From Octopus bimaculoides (lineage: Eukaryota): a stretch of DNA of 64,000 nt. The position numbers and the translations under genes are program-made. The notes under the pieces were generated by a model that did no database searches, was not told the origin of the DNA, and saw only the letters and a program-made list of their open reading frames with translations. This document shows positions 27,846 through 38,948 of this stretch, piece by piece (within the stretch, counting starts at the first letter, position 1; each line of letters starts with the position of its first letter). The DNA is taken from the NCBI RefSeq assembly GCF_001194135.2, contig NC_068983.1, forward strand, positions 107,967,490 to 108,031,489, read 5' to 3'.

Positions 27846-28708
27846 AAACCAAGCAACAACCAATCAGTGGCTGAGAAGCTCAGGACTGAAAGCAGAGACT
27901 GAAGGTTTCATATTAGCAGCACAAGAGCAAACCTTGCTTACCAAAAACTACCAAGCTAACATTCTTCAAAATGGTTCTGACTCTAAATGCAGATTCTGCA
28001 CTAAATTTGATGAAACACTAGAGCATCTCATCTCAGGATGCCCTATGCTGACACCAAACGAATACAAAATCATTAGAGTAGGATAGTATTTACATAAGAA
28101 AATTTGTAAACACTACAAAATCAGCACTCCTGCTTACTGGTATGACCATCATCCTGAGCCAGTTGTTGAAGCTAAAAAGTCACTATCTTCTGGGATTTTC
28201 CAGTCAACACCGACAGAACAATCCAGGCTAATCGATCAGACATAGTCATTAAAGAAAGAGAAGAAAATATTTTTAGACTAATAGATGTAAGTGTTACCAC
28301 TGATAAAAATATATTTGTAAATGAATTTGACAAATTAAGTAAATATAAGGACCTGGAAATTGAAATACAAAAGATGTGGCATCTTAAAGTGAGAACTGTT
28401 CCTGTTATTGTGGGTGTCCTAGGTATGATAGGGGATGTTAGAAACATCTAGATAATATCCCAGGAGAACCTTATCTCAGAGAAATCCAAAAGATTGTGCT
28501 GACAAGTATTGCTCACATCCTTAAAAAAAAACCCTATTCATTTAAATGTATGTGCTGTATTACATGAAGATAACTCACTACTGCCCCTACCATTTCCCCT
28601 CTCCAAACTTTCAGTCATACTGTAATATCTCTTATCCTTCTCTTGCCCTAGGATGCTGGGTGTGTCTCGGCAAGTGAGTGTAACAAACACGAAGATTAAA
28701 AGTAAATA

Positions 28709-28740
<32 letters not shown>
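27846..28740 (+). mobile_element. 5'-truncated R4/Dong/Rex6-clade element (CCHC zinc knuckle plus RLE endonuclease, degraded)
   Basis: QWLRSSGLKAETEGFILAAQEQTL, CRFCTKFDETLEHLISGC (CCHC), IFWDFPVNTDRTIQANRSDIVIK..LIDVSV..KYKDLEIEIQKMWHLKVRTVPVIVGVLG. (TAA)n lies on both sides (about 27783-27846 and 28713-28740). Confidence 0.9.
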
Positions 28741-28945
28741 CCTTGCTGCTGAAGGCACAAGGCCTGAAATTTTGTTGGTAGGGGACTAGTTGAATACATT
28801 GACTACAGTGTTTCACTAGTACTTAATTTATTGACCCCCCAAAAAATGAGAGACAAACTTGACCTCGGTGGAATTTGAACTCAAAACGTAAAGCCGGATG
28901 AAATACTGCTAAGCATTTCATGCCAGCTCGATGCCTAATAACAAA
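28741..28945 (-). mobile_element. tRNA-derived (ATT)n-tailed SINE family D copy
   Basis: B-box gagttcaaattcc followed by gaggtcaagtttg..tcatttttt..ggggtcaataaattaagtac. Other copies lie near 41225-41440, 45300-45520, 51460-51680 and 62783-63615. Confidence 0.8.
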
Positions 28946-28957
28946 TTTCTGGTCCTG

Positions 28958-29345
28958 TGCTGGTGGCATGTGAAAAGCACCATTTGAGTGAGGTTGATGC
29001 CAGTGCCAGCTGATTGGTCCCGTGCCAGTGGCACATAAAAAGCACCATTCAAGAACTGCTGCCAGTGCCACCTGACTGGCTCCCATGCTGGGGGCACATA
29101 AAAAGCATCATTCAGGCATGGTCGATGCCAATACCGCCTGATTGGCCCTCATGCCGGTGGCACATAAAAAGCACCCACTACACTTTTGGAGTGGTTGGTA
29201 TCAAGAAGGGCAATCAGCTGTAGAAACTTTAACAGATCAGATTGGAGCCTGGTGCAGCCTTCTGGCATGCCAGCCCTCAGTCAAACTGTCCAACCCATGA
29301 CAGCATGGAAAGCAGATATTAAACGATGATGATAATGACGATGAC
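28958..29345 (+). mobile_element. family C retroposon with about four internal tandem units of about 58 bp
   Basis: The unit gtgccrgtggcacataaaaagcaccatt..gatgccagtgcc.ctgattgg repeats about four times, followed by the family C 3' end and an (atg)n tail. Confidence 0.75.
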
Positions 29346-30059
29346 TCTAGACCTCCATACAAGTGTAATTAAATTCCTCAAATGTCAACATTATCTTCAT
29401 CTGAGTTGATAAATAAATTCCCAGATAAGGAACTGTGCACAATTTTAACTTATTCAGAATGGAAAATCATTGAAAAGAATGTGGTGAAAACGTTTTAACA
29501 AACACATCTACAAATATTTTAATCAATAGTTTAATTCACAATGCAGAAGTTATTTGTAGGTTGTATGTATGTTTATGAGTATGCATATACACACATACAT
29601 GCACACACACTTATGTGTGTGTGTGTAAACATATATACATATGTATACACACACACAAACACACACACACACACATATATGTTTATACACACATATGCAT
29701 AGATCTATCTTTTACTTGTTTCAACTGTTTGGTTGTAGTCATACTGGAGTACTGCCTTGAAGCCTCAGCAAATGCTGAAACCCAAGAATGAACTGTTGAC
29801 CTTTAAGTAGATAGATTGATTAATTAACTGACTATTAGATAAATATAAATAAAAATTTTAGAATATCCCACATGAATCAAATATACGACAAATTCATTTT
29901 TACAAATATTGGTGTTAAAACTAAGTGCCACAATGAAGTATGCATACGCACATACACATACACACATAAGTGTGTGTGTAAACATATATACCCATGTATA
30001 CACACACACACACACACACACACATATATGTTTATACACACATATGCATAAATCTATCT

Positions 30060-31045
30060 TTTACTTGTTTATATTTTTCAATAAAAACTATGTTTTGCTA
30101 ATTCTTTGTTGTTCTGTTGTACTTTCCATTTTCTTGTACAATGGGAAGACTCTTCAAAATTCAGTTGTAAAGTTCCTGAACATCACTTTAAATATTCACT
30201 GAATAAAATTTTTCATGTATTTGGATAAGATATTTTTTGTCAGTAAACAGTCTTCTACTTTCTCACTGACATGCTTGTTTTCTCAATGTAATTCTTAACA
30301 GAAACACAGCATGTGATTATAAAAATTTAGTTTACAGATAAGCATGTAAACTTTTTAAAAGTTTGTTCTTTTTCAAAGCAGAACCTACAAATAAGTTCAT
30401 ACAAATTCCACAATAAAATCAACATTTTTTTACTGTCAATTTTGATACACAGGTGCTATATGCTTTCTTTAGTGACTTTAGCTGGGTTTTGTTTTTTTAA
30501 CAATCTTTTGGTTTCCTAAATTCTCATATTTGGATGGTATTTTTGTGGTGGTAGCTTTTAATTAATTATATCAAAGACCTCAGTATTCATAGAATTGTGA
30601 AAAGAAATATAACAGAATAACTTTTTTCTGTTTTACTTTTTATACTTTTTAAAATACAAGTGTTAGTTATTTTTGCTCTCCATATTCCATTGTCACGTAA
30701 TGACTGTGGATAATATCTATCAATCAAGATATGTCTTAGTTCCTTTAGTCTTTTCTTTCACGTGTTTGGATTTAATCTGATGGTACACACTTTTAGCTAT
30801 ATTGAAACTGAATACTGGTTCTTATGTGTTTGCCTATCATGAAGTAAAAAGTAAACATTGGCTCAAAACAATGGGTTTATAATGTCGATTTTTTCTTGAT
30901 CCTGTTCAGATTTTTGAACCAACAATTGTAAAAAGAATAATTTATTATTGCCATACTTCATAGTAAACAAGACATTAATATTGAAACTGTTTATAAATAT
31001 CTTAAATTTGGAAAGTCTATCAAAGTGTTCTTCTAGTATATACAT
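30060..31045 (-). mobile_element. degraded Penelope-like element (RT C-terminal half plus GIY-YIG endonuclease)
   Basis: FINSFNINVLFTMKYGNNKLFFLQLLVQK, KRLKELRHILIDRYYPQSLRDNGIWRA, VKKC*FYCGICMNLFVGS, FTCLSVN*IFIITCCVSVKNYIEKTSMSVRK (GIY-YIG-like) and FPLYK..TTEQQRISK. Confidence 0.85.
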
Positions 31046-31158
31046 ACACACTCACACTATCTGTCTGTCTATCTAGTTGAAATTTACAGGAAAGATGAAG
31101 ATAGGTGTATAAACAACAAGCAAGTGTATTAGTTTGATGCTCGGGAAGGTGAGAATGT

Positions 31159-31194
31159 CTTTTATGTTTCGAGCCTATGCTCTTCAACAGAAAG
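31159..31194 (-). ncRNA. minimal type-I hammerhead-ribozyme-like motif (variant or degenerate) in a Penelope pLTR-like segment
   Basis: The minus strand reads CTTT-CTGTTGA-A-GAGC-ATAG-GCTC-GAAA-C-A-T-A-AAAG. Stem I is CTTT/AAAG and stem II is GAGC/GCTC. Confidence 0.55.
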
Positions 31195-31276
31195 GAACAC
31201 AAAGAAATAAACTATCTATCTATCTATAGATAAATAAATAGATCTGTATATACATTCCAAGATATATATATATAGA

Positions 31277-31872
31277 ATGTTCTCTATGTGGCTCGTGTGT
31301 TCTCGTCTACGTTTGTTTGCAATGTCCTGTACCCAGATATGCACCTATACATACAGGTGGATGTCGGTATGCACATACCTGTACGTATATATGCATATAC
31401 TCATTTACTATTTGTTTTTACATGATTGAACGCAGCGCCTTCCAACTGTAAGTAGTTTTCGTAAACTCATATCCTCTGACGCTACTCTATCTCTTTCTCT
31501 TTCTCTTTCTTTTTTCCACCTCTCGTTCTTCCTCTGTTACTACTACGTATATCATTTTTCCCCCTCGTATTTCCTCTCTTTCTCTTTTCCTCTCGTTGCT
31601 CACCTACTCTTCTACTTCCTCCCTTTGTTTCTCCCTCTACCACTCTCTCTACCGGCATGGTCACATGCTTCCAGTCAATAATCCTTTCCTTCCTTGGCTT
31701 TCACCAAGCAACGCACGCACCACTTTGTCCCTCTCAAGTTCGTGCTTCATCGCGTTCATACATACATAATTTTTCTCGTCTGGCCGTAAAGCCTTTTCTG
31801 TTTGTTTTCCTGTCTTGTTTTTGTCTGCCACTACATTCCTCCATGGCTAGATTTAATTTGCGTATACAAATT
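31277..31872 (-). repeat. CpG-retaining, probably young repeat; possibly the 3' region of a second Penelope-like copy
   Basis: More CpGs than the flanks and a purine-rich tract on the minus strand. It runs into the gap at 31873. The family assignment is inferred from adjacency only. Confidence 0.35.
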
Positions 31873-32175
31873 NNNNNNNNNNNNNNNNNNNNNNNNNNNN
31901 NNNNNNNNNNNNNNNNNNNNNNNNNNNNNNNNNNNNNNNNNNNNNNNNNNNNNNNNNNNNNNNNNNNNNNNNNNNNNNNNNNNNNNNNNNNNNNNNNNNN
32001 NNNNNNNNNNNNNNNNNNNNNNNNNNNNNNNNNNNNNNNNNNNNNNNNNNNNNNNNNNNNNNNNNNNNNNNNNNNNNNNNNNNNNNNNNNNNNNNNNNNN
32101 NNNNNNNNNNNNNNNNNNNNNNNNNNNNNNNNNNNNNNNNNNNNNNNNNNNNNNNNNNNNNNNNNNNNNNNNNNN

Positions 32176-32341
32176 ATATTAACATGCTCGGAAACAAGTG
32201 AGGTCTGAGGACGGAAAATGCCTCTGGCTATAGATCTATCCCAACAAATCCCATTTAACCCATACAAACACAAATTAAGTAGACATTAAAAATTATGATT
32301 TTCCGTCCTCAGACCTCACTTGTTTCCGAGCATGTTAATAT
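32176..32341. mobile_element. short MITE with perfect 44-bp TIRs
   Basis: 32176-32219 is the exact reverse complement of 32298-32341, with a 78-bp spacer. TTAA lies near both outer ends. Confidence 0.7.
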
Positions 32342-33063
32342 CTCCTCATGGCCAATCTTTACATTTATCAACATAATCTATCAGGGACTGTGAATGTATT
32401 TTTTCATTCAGATGAAAAGACATGCAAAGCAAAAAAAAAAGCAAAAAAAAAGCANNNNNNNNNNTCTATCAGGGACTGTGAATGTATTTTTTCATTCAGA
32501 TGAAAAGACATGCAAAGCAAAAAAAAAAGCAAAAAAAAAGCAGGATTTCATGAAACATAAAAGTCATCATAATCATCATTGTTCTATTTCTCATACTATC
32601 ACGGGCCAGAATGAATTCATTAAGACAAATTTTCTACAATCAGATGCCTTTGTTGTTGCCAACCTTCACCTATTTCCAAGTACAATAGTGTCCCTTCACA
32701 TTCACAGAAGATTGGTCCTGAAGGACATTGCTTGTTTAATGGAGAGAGTTCTATCATATTATGTCAAGATGAGACGACAGTAACAGCCACTCTCCTCTCC
32801 TTCACACATATATACACATGGAAAACACTTAGAAGTGCTCAAATGATTTGAACTTACACTCTGATATCTTCACCAAGGACCACGTCAGCAGGATAAAGAG
32901 TGGCTATAAGGAGAAGCCAAGTGAGCAGATATGGAGACAATGATTCAAATAAACAGATAAAACTTCGGGTTTTAATGCACAGAATATATACACAAGTATA
33001 CAAATGTAAAAAGAGAAGGCAGATTATAAATAATCAGGTATAAATATATACTTTTTTTTTTAA

Positions 33064-33346
33064 TGGAGCAAACTTACTCAGGTTACAGAGACTCAAAAAG
33101 AAGTGGAGAGAAGGCATTACAAGTCTGACCACTGTTTCTAAGGGCTCGGAGTTACTTCATAATGTTGGCAGATGTAGTTGATCAAAAATTTGCAGCTGGT
33201 AATGGAAGCAAATAAACATTGGTAAACTCCAGAGCCTCCTTCGGCAAGGTGAATAGGTAACTCAGAGCCCTCAGAAACAGCTGTTAGACTTGTAACACCT
33301 TCTCCCCTCTAATTCTTTGAGTCTGTGTAATCTGAGTAAGTTTGTT

Positions 33347-33350
<4 letters not shown>
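33064..33350. mobile_element. foldback MITE with imperfect TIRs of about 90 bp
   Basis: gagcaaacttactcaggttacagagactcaaa...gttac (33064-33155) pairs with gtaac...tttgagtctgtgtaatctgagtaagtttgttc (33256-33350). Confidence 0.75.
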
Positions 33351-33391
<41 letters not shown>

Positions 33392-34569
33392 TTCATTGTT
33401 TATCATCTGAAAATTTTGAGTCTACCTTCACTTCTTATATGTATACATGTATATATATTATGTATATTAAAACCCAAGGTTTTATCTGTTTATTTGAAGC
33501 ATTGCCTCTCCCTCACTCTCTCTGAATATATACATAAATACATATATAAAGATATATATATACACATACACACACATATATATATGCACATATTTATACA
33601 TATATATATATATATATATATACATACACACATATATGTATAACATATTTATATATATTTATATCAACACACACACACCTGATAGGCTAAGCTTCTGTTT
33701 TTGTCTACCAAATCCTCTGAGAAGACTTTGATCAATTAGAAGCCACTTACCAAATTACCACACAGTAGGACTGGATCCAAAACTCTGAGGTTACAAAGCA
33801 AACTTTTTAACCAGTAGTCACTTCTGTACTTTAGTTGAAATAAAATGGAGGGAAATATGTAACAATATTGATAGCAACTAACGAGATGTGAAAAATAATT
33901 TGGTAGTTTATCTAAAGAATTTGGTAAACATGAGGATTACATAATTAAGATAAGGAGAAAACTAAAGATTTTAGTCCAGTAACCAACACTCCTCACTTTG
34001 GACTAAATTTGGGGAAAGATAACTAAGTGTATCAGGATTTTGCCTCCAGGCAGATATTAATTACTGAAAACCATTCTACTGGAGACGATAATGAGTTATG
34101 AAGTGAGTTATCTGCTAGCAGAGGGAGGTTTAGTGGGTGGGACACAAAACGTTTTGGATCAGCAGCAGTAGAAGAATGAATACAAGTCTAAGAGCATCAT
34201 CAGTGATACACTGCTTTTTTCTCAAGAGTTCACAACTGTGACATATATGTGCACATGCATACACAACACATACGCATGTAGATATTTACATTTATATACA
34301 TTCGTACTGACATAGAGATAGGGATACATAGATAGATACATAGTAACATACACACAAACACATGGAGGCACATGCACACACACACAAAGTAATTCACTCA
34401 TCTGTTAAGCATAATGTTTTTGAACATATTAAACATTCAGAAAAATAAAGTAAATTATTCGATTTTGCATGAAGAGACAGAAGTGCCTAATCAAAATACG
34501 AAAGGTGTGACAAAGGTAGAATGATTATATCATAATTAATTAGAAGCCACTGCAATGCTGAAAACCCTA

Positions 34570-34643
34570 CCATATCATTAGCTGGCATCTGAGGGCCAGG
34601 GATTTCTTAATCCCTGGCCCTCAGATGCCAACTAATAATATGG
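34570..34643. ncRNA. near-perfect 35-bp hairpin (miRNA/siRNA/ADAR-substrate candidate)
   Basis: 34570-34604 pairs with 34609-34643 around a 4-nt loop. There are only two differences, both G-U on the minus strand. Confidence 0.35.
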
Positions 34644-35126
34644 AAGAGTCCTTTAACTTGTATGATTCACGTGAGTGAGGTAATGATGACTGAATAAGCC
34701 TTTACTCACAGAAGGGTTCCATCTGCAAAACATAGCAAAGAAATATGAAAATATATTTTATTCCCCTATGAGAGAATAAACCAATTTCAATGAGCCTGTC
34801 ACTAATGAATCATTACTTCTCTTCTCTCACTACCCTGAAGTATACCACAGGGGGTAAGGAGCCAACTCAGAACTCTTAAGTGGAGAAACTGATACTTTAT
34901 TTATTTGACTATTTTGAACCCCCAAACAGATTTTATTAAGTGAAGTATTATTAAAGGATTTCCTAAATGTTATTTTTTCATCATTACACACTTTTACTAC
35001 AAGTAAAGCTCATGCTTTAAATGCTGCAAATAAAAGATGTTATAATATGACCAGCTAAATCAAAGAACAGAGAAAAAATTTCATCATATATAATGGTGAG
35101 AAAAAAAAAAAATTTGGGGGATGTGC

Positions 35127-35166
<40 letters not shown>

Positions 35167-36942
35167 TTGGTCTTCACTAATATACTTGGTCTTCACTACA
35201 GCTTATCATTATTTTCATTATTTTACTGTCCTTTGTCTAACCTCTTTTGTCACACATTCTGTGACATCTCCAGAGACTCTTTATCCCACGCATTTCCTCT
35301 TGTTCTGCTTAGTACATAATAATAATAAAGGTGAAGTAAAGACCAAACATATGTGTTTAACTGGTAAAATATGACTCTCCCCAAGTATAACAATATCCAT
35401 TTCAACACATGATTTCACATCAAGAGAAATACATAAACATATATACATACATATATCATGAATAGATAGGGATAATAAATCCAGGCAGGTACCATTCAAG
35501 CATTCAGTAAACTGTGTTATGTGTGTGTGTGTGTGTGTGTGTGCATAAAAATTTAATTCTGATTTAAACTTACAGAGTCATATTTCAAATGAGTAGATAC
35601 ATATTTTATAAAATGGGTAGATAAACTTAAAAAATGCAAAGACATAGATATTTATAAGGGAGAAGAAATGGGTGGTTGACATATTTATGCCATTCCCATA
35701 CATTAGCAGTATGCGGCTTTATCAGTGTTGCAACGCAGCTTACCTGCTGATTACTTCTCAGGCTTACAATACTATTTACAGTAAAAGTAAAATAGTGTAT
35801 TAAACATAGCAATATTTTGAAAAGAAACATCTCTTTCAAGATAACATTTTAAGGAGGGGTGGTTGTTTTTATTTATTTAAAATTATCATCATTTTTTTTT
35901 TTTCACATAAGCTGGTTATCTTCATTCACTAAATGGGAATCCCTTTAAGAATGAACAAAGTTACATATACTAAGGAAGACTAAAAGTTGAATATAACTGG
36001 GTAAGGGAGGAATGGATCAGCACTAGCTGCTGTGATATCAATCTCAGCTGGTGACCTGCTCTCATGCCCTACAGACAAGTACCAAACAGAGAGAGACAAA
36101 TCAAGATGATAACATTTCAGCAGTCTTATCCATAGGGCACAGCCACAAGTGAATACAAAACACACATGCATGTGCATATATACACACAAATACATAAATA
36201 TATACTCTCGATTAAATGTTTGTACATGCATATAAACACATGTATTATGTGTATGTAAAAAAAATATATATACAGTACATGTACGTACTTGAGTGTTTTA
36301 CATAGATATATGTATATACACATGTATGTGTGTGCGTGTGTGTATATATATATATATATATATGATTAATAGATAGATAGATAAATATATATATACATAT
36401 ACATCCAGCTGTAGAAACTCTGCCAGATCAGATTGGAGCCTGGTGCAGCCTTCTGGCTTGCCAGTCCTCAGTCAAATCGTCCAACCCATGCTAGCAAGGA
36501 AAGTGGACGTTAAATGATGATGATGATATATGCATACATATATACATACATTTATATACATATATAGACACACACAGAGGCACTGATGTGTGGCTAAGAA
36601 GTTTGCTTCCAAACCAAAAGGTTGTGGGTTCAGTCACACTGCAGGGCAACAAAGGAAAGTATCTTCTATTATAGCACAAGTGGAAATTAGAAGATAGAAA
36701 CTGAAACAAGCCCTTCATGTTTCTATGTGTGTGTTTGTGTTTGTTTCTTCAAGTGAATTTGTATTTCCTTTATCTTCATGTGTTTGCTGGATGTAAAAAA
36801 ATGTTCTTGCCATATGTCATTTGTTATTGTGAAAGAATGCCTGGGCGCCTTCACATTGAAAGGAGAGTGGCTTCTACTATAGCTCAAGTTTGACCAAAGC
36901 ATTGCAAGTGAATTCGGTAAACAGGAACAAAAAAAAAAAGAC

Positions 36943-36978
<36 letters not shown>

Positions 36979-37424
36979 GACAGGCAGATAAAGAGATATG
37001 CATGTGTATGTGTTTGCACATGTGTGTCTGCAGGTGCATTTAAATGTAATTGCTAGGATGAAAGTGCTGTGGTTGGAATTATTGTCCAGACACCTTTTGC
37101 ATCTAAAGCTGTGTGGAATAAGAGATTGCTAACTTGAAAAACAGTTAAGAATTAAGATCAGGAAGGACATCTGGCTGTACAACAATGCCTCAAATAACAT
37201 GTTCATCAGAATGTGGACATTTGGAAGAAAAAAAGTAAAGCAAGTGGACAATAAAATTATATAAGAAATTTACTGTTCGAAACTAGTTGTAAAAAAAGCT
37301 AATAAGAAAATATAAAAATTTTAAAATATTATAATGTGAGACTAGAAATATCACGCAACCAACATTTATGTCAGATGTTACACACACTGAATAAAATATA
37401 TATGATTATATATATATATATATA

Positions 37425-37469
<45 letters not shown>

Positions 37470-38443
37470 NNNNNNNNNNNNNNNNNNNNNNNNNNNNNNN
37501 NNNNNNNNNNNNNNNNNNNNNNNNNNNNNNNNNNNNNNNNNNNNNNNNNNNNNNNNNNNNNNNNNNNNNNNNNNNNNNNNNNNNNNNNNNNNNNNNNNNN
37601 NNNNNNNNNNNNNNNNNNNNNNNNNNNNNNNNNNNNNNNNNNNNNNNNNNNNNNNNNNNNNNNNNNNNNNNNNNNNNNNNNNNNNNNNNNNNNNNNNNNN
37701 NNNNNNNNNNNNNNNNNNNNNNNNNNNNNNNNNNNNNNNNNNNNNNNNNNNNNNNNNNNNNNNNNNNNNNNNNNNNNNNNNNNNNNNNNNNNNNNNNNNN
37801 NNNNNNNNNNNNNNNNNNNNNNNNNNNNNNNNNNNNNNNNNNNNNNNNNNNNNNNNNNNNNNNNNNNNNNNNNNNNNNNNNNNNNNNNNNNNNNNNNNNN
37901 NNNNNNNNNNNNNNNNNNNNNNNNNNNNNNNNNNNNNNNNNNNNNNNNNNNNNNNNNNNNNNNNNNNNNNNNNNNNNNNNNNNNNNNNNNNNNNNNNNNN
38001 NNNNNNNNNNNNNNNNNNNNNNNNNNNNNNNNNNNNNNNNNNNNNNNNNNNNNNNNNNNNNNNNNNNNNNNNNNNNNNNNNNNNNNNNNNNNNNNNNNNN
38101 NNNNNNNNNNNNNNNNNNNNNNNNNNNNNNNNNNNNNNNNNNNNNNNNNNNNNNNNNNNNNNNNNNNNNNNNNNNNNNNNNNNNNNNNNNNNNNNNNNNN
38201 NNNNNNNNNNNNNNNNNNNNNNNNNNNNNNNNNNNNNNNNNNNNNNNNNNNNNNNNNNNNNNNNNNNNNNNNNNNNNNNNNNNNNNNNNNNNNNNNNNNN
38301 NNNNNNNNNNNNNNNNNNNNNNNNNNNNNNNNNNNNNNNNNNNNNNNNNNNNNNNNNNNNNNNNNNNNNNNNNNNNNNNNNNNNNNNNNNNNNNNNNNNN
38401 NNNNNNNNNNNNNNNNNNNNNNNNNNNNNNNNNNNNNNNNNNN

Positions 38444-38909
38444 GCTGGCTCAATGGTTTCTCTTTGTGGCAGAATTAATAACCAAGACTATTTAAGCATT
38501 TTATCTGATCAAATTCATCCTATGGTTGCAGAACTGTATCCAGAGGGAAACGCAATCTTTCAGGATGATAATGCACCAATTCACATGACTAAAATTGTTA
38601 CTGAATGGCACGAGGAACATTCTAGTGAAGTCGAACGTCTTATCTGGCCACCACAGTCCTCAGATCTCAATATCACTGAATAGGTATGGTGCATTTTAGA
38701 AAAACAAGTAAGGAGTCAATATTCTCCACCATCATCACTACAAGAACTGGAGACTGTTTTAGCTGAAGAATGGACAAAAATTCCTTTGGAATCAAACTTT
38801 GTACGAGTTCATACCTCATAGAATTCAAGCTGTAATTATTGCTGAAGTTGGTCCTACCCCATATTAAAATGAAATTTTAAGGTGTTTCCATTATTTTGCT
38901 CAACCCTTG
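38444..38909 (+). mobile_element. 3' half of a Tc1-family transposon with D36E spacing (decayed)
   Basis: IFQDDNAPIH...LIWPPQSSDLNITE*VWCILEKQVR, with a right TIR-like end ttccattattttgctcaacccttg. The 5' part lies in the gap. Confidence 0.9.
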
Positions 38910-38913
38910 TGTG

Positions 38914-38948
<35 letters not shown>

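Noticed and set aside
28860-28890. B-box-like GAGTTCAAATTCC motifs suggesting tRNA genes
   Set aside because: They belong to tRNA-derived SINE heads, and no cloverleaf can be formed.
29578-30070. Direct repeat of about 140 bp made of microsatellite plus SINE tail junction
   Set aside because: It is mostly low-complexity sequence and best explained by a local duplication, with no sign of function.
32378-32534. Direct repeat of about 75 bp on either side of a 10-N gap
   Set aside because: The pattern is typical of unmerged overlapping contig ends. The shorter repeat around the 15563-15657 gap looks similar.
35161-35198. 19-bp tandem duplication resembling repeat-spacer units
   Set aside because: There are only two adjacent copies and no spacers. 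This is a slippage duplication, not CRISPR.
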